In this document: positions 1 through 8,524 of the stretch, piece after piece
Layout of the letters: the number at the start of each line of letters is the position of its first letter
Numbering within the stretch: the first letter of the stretch is position 1
Assembly (NCBI GenBank): GCA_965655465.1
Contig: CBFHGY010000002.1
Span: forward strand, 9,982-73,981
Reading direction: 5' to 3'
Source of the DNA: Bacteroidia bacterium
Lineage (GTDB): Bacteria; Bacteroidota; Bacteroidia; NS11-12g; UBA955
DNA: 64,000 nucleotides
Notes under the pieces: model-generated
What the model saw: only the letters and a program-made list of their open reading frames with translations
The model's database searches: none
What the model was told of the DNA's origin: nothing
Program-made: the position numbers and the translations under genes

Positions 1-355
1 GCGAACGGTAAACATCAATTCGGTGGCGGCGCAAAGTGGTATTGCCTCTTTGCCAACGCTGTTCTGTTTCGCGGATTGAATTTCTTAAATCTCGAAAACT
101 GTTTGAAATGGTTCCGCTGCAAATATGCCCTAATACCAGAGGCAAGCTATTCCCAAAAAAGCGGTTCAGACTCCCATCGGTTTGGGCTTGAGAATCATAA
201 AACTGAATTTGTTTGGAAAGGTGTAAGATAGAAGAAAAGATTTCCTCTTTAGAAGGAACGGGAACGATACCTTGCGGTTTTTTTAGTCGGATGTGCTGGG
301 CATCGCCATCGGCAAGGTCTAAGTCAAAGCGCGTATCATTGCGGTTCCAAGGCAT
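1..355 (-). CDS. Baseplate component, N-terminal part only (gene continues past the left edge); gp6/Afp11-like by position
   Basis: The reverse-strand ATG at 355..353 lies 5 nt after the gp25-like stop. My hand translation of the reverse complement (MPWNRNDTRFDLDLADGDAQHIRLKKPQGIVPVPSKEE...) stays open for 118 codons to position 1. The product is assigned only from gene order after PAAR/gp25; I recognised no motif. Confidence 0.45.
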   Translation of the reverse strand, partial: MPWNRNDTRFDLDLADGDAQHIRLKKPQGIVPVPSKEEIFSSILHLSKQIQFYDSQAQTDGSLNRFFGNSLPLVLGHICSGTISNSFRDLRNSIRETEQRWQRGNTTLRRHRIDVYRS

Positions 356-360
356 GGTTA

Positions 361-777
361 TCAGTACTGGTTGGCTTCTTTAATGTAGAAGGGATACACA
401 TAGTTACCCCTTGTATTGGTATTGCGAATGGTAAAGGCCACATCGATATTAATGAGCCCTTTTTCGGCTTGAAGTTCGAAATTAACGGAATCTACAATAA
501 TCATGGTTTGAAACTGCATTAATCCTTGGGTGATTTTTTCTTCTAAGGCTTTGAACGTAGCCGAATCTTGAGTTTCAAATAGCAATTCAGATAAATCGAT
601 ACCAAAATCTTTATGATACAATCGTTCTCCCGGCTTAGTCGACAAAATGGCCCGAATGCTCTGTTCAATATTGTCGATGCCGCTTACCAAACCGGTTTTA
701 CCCGTAGAAGGATTGATTTTAAATGGCTGTTTCAATCCTATTCCGAAAAAGGCTTTATTTTTTTGATCTGGGCTCAT
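361..777 (-). CDS. Baseplate wedge protein, GPW/gp25 family (Afp9-like)
   Basis: The ORF is 361..801. It has a gp25-type pattern: AFFGIGLKQPF...IEQSIRAILSTKPGERLYHKDFGIDL. I place the start at the second Met (ATG 777..775) because tcat at 774..777 forms an ATGA stop/start overlap with the PAAR gene. Confidence 0.8.
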   Translation of the reverse strand: MSPDQKNKAFFGIGLKQPFKINPSTGKTGLVSGIDNIEQSIRAILSTKPGERLYHKDFGIDLSELLFETQDSATFKALEEKITQGLMQFQTMIIVDSVNFELQAEKGLINIDVAFTIRNTNTRGNYVYPFYIKEANQY

Positions 778-1073
778 CCTCCAATTAAAACGGTGGGACA
801 AAGACTCATAACTTTTCCTCCGTGAGCGGTGGGGTCACCGAGTCTCGCAGCAGGCTTTCCGCCTATTTTTACGGTTGACGACCCTTTTGAAATCACATCA
901 GGGGGACCTACGCAGATGCACATATCCCCAACAACGGCAGCCGGAAGTCCACCGATTAAGACGGTTGGGGCGCCTGGACCTACAATGGGTCCGCCCACAT
1001 GAGGAATCGGCACCAATGCGGGAGTTTGCATAGGGCACGTATGGAGATCAGTTATTCGAGCAGCTGGAGGCAT
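774..1073 (-). CDS. PAAR-repeat spike tip protein (Afp10-like)
   Basis: The protein is 99 aa and Gly/Pro-rich. It has three PAAR-type repeats (PAARITD, LPAAVVGD, KPAARLGD) plus conserved His/Cys, and lies directly downstream of VgrG. Confidence 0.85.
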   Translation of the reverse strand: MPPAARITDLHTCPMQTPALVPIPHVGGPIVGPGAPTVLIGGLPAAVVGDMCICVGPPDVISKGSSTVKIGGKPAARLGDPTAHGGKVMSLCPTVLIGG

Positions 1074-1078
1074 AATAG

Positions 1079-2842
1079 TTAGTTTATTTTTACGAGTGCG
1101 CCTTTAATCGTCATCATTCCAGAGGCAGAAACTTCGGCGCTTGCTTTTCCTGCCATTTTAAGTGTTGTTTTCGCTTGTCCATCGATTTGGAGTCCTGCTA
1201 TTTTAACGGGTCCTGCATCGGCGGTTATTTTAATTCCTTTAGTCGCTTTTAAGGAAATTTCTTTCATGGTTTTTAGGGTGATACCCGAACTTCCCAATTC
1301 AATGGAATTGCCGTTTTTGTCCTTAAGGGTTATCCCTTTTGCATCATCCATTAATATTGAATTTCCTCCGGGTGTCTTCAACGTTAAGTTTTTCTTGGCA
1401 TCATCAAATTCAATAATAACCTTCTTTTTTGATTGTATGATGCGTTTATCGTTGGCAGCAGTAATTTTTTCAGGCGCTGTATTCGATTTGTTGTAAAGGG
1501 TACCGAGAATTACGGGTTGCGCGGGATCTCCATCTAAGAAGGAAACCACCACTTCATCGCCTTTTTCGGGGACAAAAAAGATGCCTCGGTTTTTTCCTGC
1601 ATCTGGGAAGCTCAGTCGAGCCCAAAATAATGCATCGGATCCAAATACGGGCAGTTTAACTTGTATGCGTTGCTGACCTTCTGGGTCACCGTCTAATTTT
1701 GTAACTTCTCCCAATTGAAGGCCGTGCGAAAAGCCTACATACGAGGCGATGCTATCGTTATGGATATAGGGATGTTTTTCAAAATGGGTTTTTTCATCCA
1801 TTCCAAATTCAAAAATGGTGATGAATTGCCCATCAAAAACTTGGTGCTCAATTCCAGAAACGAAGAATTTTCCTGCTAATTTTCCCAGCCCTTTTACTTC
1901 GATGATATCGCTTAACACGGGAGTTGTATCTCCAGCTACGGTAATGGAACCTCTTTGTGAGGCCAAGTACGAGCGTATCACTTTGGCATTCAATACTTCC
2001 TTAAATTGGTTGGCATTTTGTATGCCGGCGGTAGTGATTCCCGTATCGTCGGCAGGTTTTGCAAAGGCTTGTATTTTTGCGAATGGCAATGCACTGGGTG
2101 TTGCTAATTTGCTGCTTTCGCTAGATTTTCCAGTTTTTACAGATCCCGTTTTAAAATCCCAATGGGTCTCCGCAAATTTCGCAATCGTAAATTCTCCCGT
2201 AGTTTGGGATTCGAATGCAAGTACATCAACGCCATAAGAGTACGTGGCGGTTGCCGCAGCAGAGAGTTTAGGTTCTTTAACGGCTACTTCCGCATCGGCA
2301 TTGCAAACCAAAAGGCCATTGGCATCGGCCCGCATGAGGGTGAAATCCCAATCTGAAATGCCATACTGTACCAATTTTTCATGGGTGATTGTACACGTAT
2401 CGACCTTGGCGGTTAAGCCAGCAGTTTTGCCAATTATTTCTTTGATGATGGCATCGTCTTTTTTCTTGAGGAAAACATCGGTTTTTCTGCCTTTGGTCAT
2501 GCCTATAGCTTTGTCTAAACATTCGATGTGAACGAGACTCTTTTTATGAACGATTTGGGTAGAAACACCAGAAATAATGCCTTTATAAATTTGTTTTAGG
2601 GATTTAGAATCGCCCCCAACCTTAATAATTACATCGTCGCCGATATTGAAGGTGTTTTCTTCAAAAAGGCTGAATTTTTGTAGAGAAACATCGCCATCGT
2701 TAATGGAAATTTGAGCACGTGCAATTTTATTGATGCGTTTTTCTACGCGAATTTCCTGCACATGAGCCGAGAGCTTAGACACCTTGCCTTTGATGGAAAT
2801 TTCAACGGTAACGGTTTCGTTATCTTTAGTCGTTGTGGCCAT
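1079..2842 (-). CDS. VgrG / gp27-gp5-like spike protein (Afp8-like)
   Basis: The protein is 587 aa. It carries an OB-fold signature (RGIFFVPEKGDEVVVSFLDGDPAQPVILGTLYN). This is followed by a repetitive C-terminal beta-helix (NLTLKTPGGNSILMDDAKGITLKDKNGNSIELGSSGITLKT...). Confidence 0.85.
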   Translation of the reverse strand: MATTTKDNETVTVEISIKGKVSKLSAHVQEIRVEKRINKIARAQISINDGDVSLQKFSLFEENTFNIGDDVIIKVGGDSKSLKQIYKGIISGVSTQIVHKKSLVHIECLDKAIGMTKGRKTDVFLKKKDDAIIKEIIGKTAGLTAKVDTCTITHEKLVQYGISDWDFTLMRADANGLLVCNADAEVAVKEPKLSAAATATYSYGVDVLAFESQTTGEFTIAKFAETHWDFKTGSVKTGKSSESSKLATPSALPFAKIQAFAKPADDTGITTAGIQNANQFKEVLNAKVIRSYLASQRGSITVAGDTTPVLSDIIEVKGLGKLAGKFFVSGIEHQVFDGQFITIFEFGMDEKTHFEKHPYIHNDSIASYVGFSHGLQLGEVTKLDGDPEGQQRIQVKLPVFGSDALFWARLSFPDAGKNRGIFFVPEKGDEVVVSFLDGDPAQPVILGTLYNKSNTAPEKITAANDKRIIQSKKKVIIEFDDAKKNLTLKTPGGNSILMDDAKGITLKDKNGNSIELGSSGITLKTMKEISLKATKGIKITADAGPVKIAGLQIDGQAKTTLKMAGKASAEVSASGMMTIKGALVKIN

Positions 2843-2845
2843 AGG

Positions 2846-3583
2846 TTATTTAAGGGGTGGAAAGTATAATTGGGTTCCTGGACTTAATTTGCGGAGGGAT
2901 TTTATGCCGTTTATTTTGGCAATTTCGACGTAATATTTTTTATCACCGTAAATATTTTCGCATAAATGGGGAAGGGTATCTCCATCTTGAACTTCTACCA
3001 TGTGACTAATATCTGGGGACTGTCGGCCTTGTGCGGTTAGCATTTTTTTTGCCGAAATCACTTCAAGGAATTCGGCTTGGATATTGGCTCGCGTGGGTTC
3101 TCCTTTTTCGTTAAATCGCCCATAAACCACGTGAAATTCTTTTAGAGCGGTATTCATTTTGAGGGTTTTTCCCCAAGAAAGTTTAAGGTAATTGGGTCGA
3201 TGAGAGGAGGAATTATAGCCCACAAGAGCTTCAAATATTTCCATTCTTTCAGACAGGGTTTTCTTACTTTCTTTAACAGGTATGCCAGTATCTTCGGTAT
3301 AGGTATAAAGGGGTTCGGCGGAGGGGTCAATGACCAATTCTACATTGACCAACCGGGGTTTTGTAGCAATAAATTTGGGGTTAATACCGGAATAGCCAAT
3401 TGGCTGCGAAAGATTGTAATTGTGTGCGGTGCCAATTTTCAAGGAACTAGGATTGAAGGGAAATCGATAGAGCATGACTTTACTATCGAACACGGTAGCG
3501 CCTTTTTGAGGTTTTACCGCTTTGCTACAATCTACGTCTTCATAAGCCGCAATTTCGAAGTAGTTGAAGTTCGTTTCCGACAT
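2846..3583 (-). CDS. LysM-domain tail/baseplate hub protein (Afp7/Pvc7-like tube initiator position)
   Basis: The protein is 245 aa with a C-terminal LysM-like segment (HMVEVQDGDTLPHLCENIYGDKKYYVEIAKINGIKSLRKLSPGTQLYFP). It sits immediately upstream of VgrG, as in Afp/PVC and P2 gpX-type arrangements. Confidence 0.75.
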   Translation of the reverse strand: MSETNFNYFEIAAYEDVDCSKAVKPQKGATVFDSKVMLYRFPFNPSSLKIGTAHNYNLSQPIGYSGINPKFIATKPRLVNVELVIDPSAEPLYTYTEDTGIPVKESKKTLSERMEIFEALVGYNSSSHRPNYLKLSWGKTLKMNTALKEFHVVYGRFNEKGEPTRANIQAEFLEVISAKKMLTAQGRQSPDISHMVEVQDGDTLPHLCENIYGDKKYYVEIAKINGIKSLRKLSPGTQLYFPPLK

Positions 3584-3594
3584 ACCACTCGAAG

Positions 3595-3804
3595 TTAATG
3601 TTTATTCTGTTTCCTATGGTATTGTTCTAGTTTTCGATCTACTAAATCGGCTAATTCGACCTTTAAATCAGACAGTTTTTCTTCAAGATCATGGGTTTTT
3701 ACCGATTTTTCTCCTTTGTCATCTGTGTGGGTTGGCATTGAATTCGAAGATAGAGAGGCTTTGATAACCAATTTCTTTATTTCTGTCATAAGGCATTTTT
3801 TCAA
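3595..3804 (-). CDS. Small coiled-coil protein of unknown function (Afp6-like position)
   Basis: This 69-aa ORF is tightly packed between the tube and LysM genes. Its C-terminal half is charged and helical (EEKLSDLKVELADLVDRKLEQYHRKQ). I recognised no family, and the start could be Met6. Confidence 0.4.
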   Translation of the reverse strand: MKKCLMTEIKKLVIKASLSSNSMPTHTDDKGEKSVKTHDLEEKLSDLKVELADLVDRKLEQYHRKQNKH

Positions 3805-3813
3805 ATGTACGGG

Positions 3814-4353
3814 TTACAAACTAAGTTCTTTCTTAGCAGTAGTGTAAATATCTTTTGATTTCATCCCACTGGTATTTACCTGTTTGAAGGTATCATAGTT
3901 TAGGGTGATTTCTTCCATGATAATGGATTGACCGTTCATTGCATCGAAGCCGGAGGTTTGCCAAGAAACGGGATAGGTATTATAGAAAAACCACGATTGT
4001 TCAGGATCGTGGTCGGCATTTAAGGCGGTTACCACTAAGGGTATGGGTATGCGCCTGTTTTCGGTAATATTTTCTTCAAACCATTCTAATAGGTCGAAGA
4101 ATCCCGACTTTTCGAGGGGAGATTTTGAATTGGGAACGATAAGTCCCCTTCGCAGTACGAGGTTGCCCTCTTTGGTGCGAAGGGGAGACTTAACTTCCAC
4201 GGTGTTTTCGCCTTCCATCTTAGTTTCAAATTCCCATTTTTTACTTATGCCATCAATTTTTTGAAAGCGGCCTTGGAGTGATTTTGCTTTTTTGGTTAAA
4301 ATGAAATCAACTCTAAAATGGAATCCTACTAAAGGAAGATCGATCGCACTCAT
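3814..4353 (-). CDS. Tail tube protein paralogue 2, T4 gp19-like (Afp5-like)
   Basis: The protein is 179 aa. Its N-terminus (IDLPLVGFHFRVDF) is the hallmark motif of the gp19-like/eCIS tube family, and it lies next to the first tube gene. Confidence 0.8.
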   Translation of the reverse strand: MSAIDLPLVGFHFRVDFILTKKAKSLQGRFQKIDGISKKWEFETKMEGENTVEVKSPLRTKEGNLVLRRGLIVPNSKSPLEKSGFFDLLEWFEENITENRRIPIPLVVTALNADHDPEQSWFFYNTYPVSWQTSGFDAMNGQSIIMEEITLNYDTFKQVNTSGMKSKDIYTTAKKELSL

Positions 4354-4364
4354 TAATTATTCAA

Positions 4365-4796
4365 TTAAGCAAGTGATAAACCTTCGTGTACCAATGTAAT
4401 GGACTCAACAGCCACTTCACTAGCATCAGACTTTAAGTCTGGGTTTTCAACTTTCTTAGGCCATGCGTTGGTTAGCGCCCATGTCATGATTGGTGAATGG
4501 GTTTCATCTAGTAACTCGATGGTAACGGTTTTACGCAATGGCGTATTCATTTCCACAGAATTGTACCAATCCCAATAGGCTTGGTCGCTATCAAAAACAC
4601 CTTTCTTTATCACGATATCGCCGAACTTTCTTAACCCACTCATCTTTTGGGTACTGAAAAGTACGCTGGCACCGTCGCGGTACTCAATTACATCAAGTTC
4701 GGTGTTCAAACCGGTAACTTCACTGCAGTTAATTACCGTGCTGTCGAAGGTTACACGGAAGTGAAACCTTGGTAATGGATAATTTGGATCTGCCAT
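4365..4796 (-). CDS. Tail tube protein, T4 gp19-like (Afp1-like)
   Basis: The protein is 143 aa. Its N-terminus (DPNYPLPRFHFRVTFDS) is typical of the conserved phage-tail-region tube family, and it lies directly downstream of the sheath gene. Confidence 0.85.
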   Translation of the reverse strand: MADPNYPLPRFHFRVTFDSTVINCSEVTGLNTELDVIEYRDGASVLFSTQKMSGLRKFGDIVIKKGVFDSDQAYWDWYNSVEMNTPLRKTVTIELLDETHSPIMTWALTNAWPKKVENPDLKSDASEVAVESITLVHEGLSLA

Positions 4797-4838
4797 AATT
4801 ATATTTTTTTAACGTTTTTTTAAACTGTTAGGTTAGAC

Positions 4839-6707
4839 TTAAGATTCTTGTAATTTGTGTGAGAATTTCAAAACGATGAATTCAGCTGGACGAACAACCG
4901 CCATACCGATCTCAATGTTCATGCGACCTTCAAGAATATCAACGCTAGACATGGTTGTGCCTAAACCGATATTCACAAAGAATGCTTGATCGGCACTTGC
5001 ACCGGCCATTGCTCCCGCTTTCCACAGGTTGGTAAGGTAGTTTTCAATCATTGCTTTCACACGGATCCAGGTGGATGCATCGTTTGGTTCGAATACCGCC
5101 CAACCTGTTGCATTGCGAACGCTATCTTCAACCATATTGAAGAAACGACGCACTGGTACATAACGCCACTCGTTGTCGTTTCCTGCTAAGGTACGAGCTC
5201 CCCATACTAGGGTTCCTTTTCCTGTGAATGAGCGAATTGCGTTAACACTTTTTCCGCTAATTACATCTACGTTAAGATCTTCTTGCGCACGATCGTCGAT
5301 TTTGATAATTGGACGAGAAACGCCTGCTAGACTTACGTTAGCGGGAGCTTTCCATACTCCACGTTGGTTATCTACCATGGCGTAAACACCGGCAATAGCA
5401 CCTGAAGGGGTAATTTTAGAAAGTTCTTTGTAGATTTCGTTTACGATGTTTTGCAATAATGGATTGTAATCGTATGCGATTTTACCCAAATTGATTTTAA
5501 TAGAATCGGCATCTTCTAAAATGCTATCCAATACAGAACGCAATTCTGCACCAATATGGTAAGCGGTATCTTTGGTTAACTTGTTTTTAAGTGCGTCACC
5601 TTCAGCATTCGCAATTGCAGGCATTGGGATGGCTTCACCTAAATCTAATGTTGGGAATTGGTCGGCTGCAAAAGCTCCAGCACCCACTGCTGCGTCAAAA
5701 CTAGCAAATGACTTAAGCAAGGTAGAGAATTTAGAACTTGCATTTACTTTAACGCCCATTTCATTGGCAATAGCAGCGCTATTGAAGAAAGAAGTTGCGA
5801 AATCGTAAAGGGCTTTAAATTGCTCGCCTAAGTAGGTAGTTGCTCCCGCATAGTTTGCCTCTTCGCCGCTGATGTTATCCAATAAATCGGTTAAAGCTGC
5901 TTTGTAGTTCTTCTCGTTAGAAAATTCTTTAACACGAGCATGGTCTGTTACCGACATGTTCAGGTTTTTCACCGAAATGGGGTGTGAACAGATTTCTTCT
6001 AAACGCTTGTCTTCACCGTTAACCTGAATTTTGATGGTTTCATGGTTGTATTTGTGTGGCAGTGCATTATAAACCCAAGGGTAATAAGCAGCACCATATT
6101 TAAGGTTGTTTACCCCTACACCGTTACGGAAATTCAAAACGATGTCTTTGTCTTTACGGTTTACGAATCCTTCGAATACATCTAACACGGCAAAGCGATT
6201 TTGCATCTCAGCACATTGCATCAACATTTGTTGTTGCAAGCTGTAGCATTCATCCGCTTTCTTTAATAACACCGCGTCAGGACTCGCAAGAATAGTAGGT
6301 TGATTTTCGCGTTTTACGGCGTTCATACCTTCTTGCAACTGATCGTAGTCGATATCGTCGTTATAATCACCTACAGAAACGATATAACATTCGCCACCGC
6401 CATTAGAGAAAAACAAACGTACGGTATCGTACATGAAAAATTGTTTGTCAAGTTTGATGTTTTCAACTTGCAATGACGCGTTCAAGGAAACATTTATTTC
6501 TTGAGGGATATATCCTCCACCAAAGAAATCTACGTAATCCAACATGGATGTAATGTGAACGGCTTCGTGTTTCACACTTGCACCACCTTTGATAGCCTTT
6601 TGGGTGTATCCAACGAAAGCCGGTACCGCAGTAGGTACTTGGCCAACGGAAGGAGGTAGGGTAGAAATTTCTTCTACATACACACCCGGAGTTTTGTAAT
6701 TTGCCAT
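4839..6707 (-). CDS. Contractile tail sheath protein (single copy, 622 aa)
   Basis: The N-terminus is a classical sheath N-terminus: MANYKTPGVYVEEISTLPPSV...VPAFVGYT. The C-terminal core is also conserved: GAIAGVYAMVDNQRGVWKAPANVSL...GTLVWGARTL...WRYVPVRRF. Confidence 0.9.
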   Translation of the reverse strand: MANYKTPGVYVEEISTLPPSVGQVPTAVPAFVGYTQKAIKGGASVKHEAVHITSMLDYVDFFGGGYIPQEINVSLNASLQVENIKLDKQFFMYDTVRLFFSNGGGECYIVSVGDYNDDIDYDQLQEGMNAVKRENQPTILASPDAVLLKKADECYSLQQQMLMQCAEMQNRFAVLDVFEGFVNRKDKDIVLNFRNGVGVNNLKYGAAYYPWVYNALPHKYNHETIKIQVNGEDKRLEEICSHPISVKNLNMSVTDHARVKEFSNEKNYKAALTDLLDNISGEEANYAGATTYLGEQFKALYDFATSFFNSAAIANEMGVKVNASSKFSTLLKSFASFDAAVGAGAFAADQFPTLDLGEAIPMPAIANAEGDALKNKLTKDTAYHIGAELRSVLDSILEDADSIKINLGKIAYDYNPLLQNIVNEIYKELSKITPSGAIAGVYAMVDNQRGVWKAPANVSLAGVSRPIIKIDDRAQEDLNVDVISGKSVNAIRSFTGKGTLVWGARTLAGNDNEWRYVPVRRFFNMVEDSVRNATGWAVFEPNDASTWIRVKAMIENYLTNLWKAGAMAGASADQAFFVNIGLGTTMSSVDILEGRMNIEIGMAVVRPAEFIVLKFSHKLQES

Positions 6708-6752
6708 TTTTTAAATTATTGTTTTGTTATACTAATTATTTTCGATCTATGG

Positions 6753-6760
6753 CAAATCTA
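6753..6760 (-). promoter_or_regulatory. Candidate Bacteroidota -7 promoter box (TAGATTTG) just upstream of the sheath gene
   Basis: Plus-strand caaatcta equals minus-strand TAGATTTG, an exact match to TAnnTTTG. It lies 5 nt below the stop of the preceding gene and about 45 nt upstream of the sheath ATG. I saw no -33 TTTG at the expected spacing. Confidence 0.35.
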
Positions 6761-6765
6761 TAGGA

Positions 6766-7596
6766 TCAGTATTTTATTTCACGTAATAAAATATACTTGT
6801 GTGGATAAGTAGGATGGGTGGTGAGGTCATTTAAAGAGAATTTGGATGCCTTGCATTTTAATCGCACAGAATCTTCTCCTTCGTAACTCCCTTTGCAGTA
6901 GCAGTTTATGTCAGATAATGCGGAGAGTGCTATCTCCTCTTTTGAGATGAAAAATGTGTAATCGTCGTTTTCCACGTCTAATTCGCTGAAGTGAACCTTA
7001 TCGGTATCTTCATGGATAGAAGTAGGCATTCCCTCGGCAGGATGTGACTCTTTCACCACATAACAAATGTGGTACTTTTTCTCCTCACAAAGAAATCTAA
7101 TTTGATGCGCCGACTTATTTTTTAATTGTGAGAAAAATGCTTGTGGTTTAGCAATCAGAACATGCAAAACTCCCATCTTTTGGTAGGGTTTCGGCAATGC
7201 AATGGCTTTGACTTTTTCTCTTATTTCTGAATGATTAAATAATATTTCTTGATTGATGCTTTCAGTACCTAGAATATCGGTGTAATAGTGGTGCTGTGTG
7301 TAATGTATTGGAGAATCGTCTATTTCCGTATATAAGGCATAGCTCAAATCGTTAATTCCTATATAAATAGAAAGTTCGATTGCCGAAGAAGTAGGAACTA
7401 TCATTGGCTGGCCTGGATTATTGGGATCTTCTTCTATAGATATAATGAGCCGGTTTTGCCACATTTTCCAAACACACCGGTGATTCCTTAGCCAAGTTTG
7501 TGAATTTTCGCTAGGAAAGAAGGCTAAACAGTCCATATACCCCGACCTAAATACAGGATGCGTACTTTCTATTTGTAACCAGGGGATATACCTCAT
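6766..7596 (-). CDS. Hypothetical protein, 276 aa, eCIS-associated (between cap and sheath genes)
   Basis: This is a long ORF with an ATGA-type 4-nt overlap with the upstream DUF4255 gene (7593..7596). I recognised no motif. It is His/Tyr/Cys-rich and has no signal peptide or TM segment. Confidence 0.6.
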   Translation of the reverse strand: MRYIPWLQIESTHPVFRSGYMDCLAFFPSENSQTWLRNHRCVWKMWQNRLIISIEEDPNNPGQPMIVPTSSAIELSIYIGINDLSYALYTEIDDSPIHYTQHHYYTDILGTESINQEILFNHSEIREKVKAIALPKPYQKMGVLHVLIAKPQAFFSQLKNKSAHQIRFLCEEKKYHICYVVKESHPAEGMPTSIHEDTDKVHFSELDVENDDYTFFISKEEIALSALSDINCYCKGSYEGEDSVRLKCKASKFSLNDLTTHPTYPHKYILLREIKY

Positions 7597-8159
7597 TTTC
7601 TTTGTAAATTAGGAGCAATTCCGCTAATCGCTGGAGTGGTTCGTTCAAAACCAGCGGATCTAAATACAGGGATTAATGAGATTTTATAATATAAATGGGG
7701 CAAAAGCTTGGAACCCACGGTTCCCCATAAATTGCTCAGTTCGCGTTCTTCCAAATTATTCAACTCCACAGAAAGTGAATCAATTTGGGAGGGCAAATCA
7801 CTTATATTTGAACTGTTGAGAGTAGGATTGGAAACAAAATAATTGAGAATAGAATTAATATACTTTACCCCATCTGGGTATTGTTTTCCAGAGAAATTGG
7901 CGGCAAAAAGTACATGCGCATGGAATAGTCTAGGACCCGATTCGGAAGCGAGGCCTCTGTAACCGCCCGCTCGATTCATGGTGCGGTCTTCTTCAATACG
8001 GATTAATTGCAGGTGAATTTGATTTTCAGTTTGAAGCGCTTTGCCCCCGGCAATATCCATTAAATTGGAAAATACCAGTATATCTTCGGGCGTATTCAAT
8101 TGGTATTTTAAATGCGCATTCAGTTCTTCACAAAGGGCGTTTAAAACATCATAGACCAT
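7593..8159 (-). CDS. DUF4255 (Pvc16_N) protein, tail terminator/cap (Afp16-like)
   Basis: The protein is 188 aa. It shows DUF4255-like patterns: IHLQLIRIEEDRTMNR, FHAHVLFAA and NLWGTVGSKLLPHLYYKISLIPV. Its position at the head of the sheath/tube operon matches many eCIS loci. Confidence 0.7.
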   Translation of the reverse strand: MVYDVLNALCEELNAHLKYQLNTPEDILVFSNLMDIAGGKALQTENQIHLQLIRIEEDRTMNRAGGYRGLASESGPRLFHAHVLFAANFSGKQYPDGVKYINSILNYFVSNPTLNSSNISDLPSQIDSLSVELNNLEERELSNLWGTVGSKLLPHLYYKISLIPVFRSAGFERTTPAISGIAPNLQRK

Positions 8160-8164
8160 AACGA

Positions 8165-8524
8165 TTATTTTTTAAGTGCCCACAGGATCAGGCGAGTAAG
8201 GTAAATACTTAAGAAACAAAATCCCAAAATCACAAAAAATAAGGTTTCAATACCATCGAAATATATGGCAAGCTCGATGAGTTGGTCCGGAATAATATTC
8301 GCAAAAAGGTAATAAAAAACGAAAGCCAAAACGGGAGCAATTAATAGCGATAAAAAAAACCATTTTACTTCGCGTGCAAATCCTTGCTTCAAGCGTTCAC
8401 GTTTGTTATTTTCAAACTTTTTCATCAAGGAATCCTGCGAATCGGTAACCGCTCGGAAACTCTTCCGATATAATTCCCTTTCTGTACGAAGTTCCATTTG
8501 TTTGAAGAAGCGATCTGGATTCAT
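8165..8524 (-). CDS. Small membrane protein (2 predicted TM helices), first gene of the structural operon
   Basis: The protein is 119 aa. A roughly 55-aa basic/charged N-terminal region is followed by two hydrophobic helices (WFFLSLLIAPVLAFVFYYLF and LFFVILGFCFLSIYLTRLILWAL). Its stop is 5 nt upstream of the DUF4255 start. Confidence 0.6.
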   Translation of the reverse strand: MNPDRFFKQMELRTERELYRKSFRAVTDSQDSLMKKFENNKRERLKQGFAREVKWFFLSLLIAPVLAFVFYYLFANIIPDQLIELAIYFDGIETLFFVILGFCFLSIYLTRLILWALKK

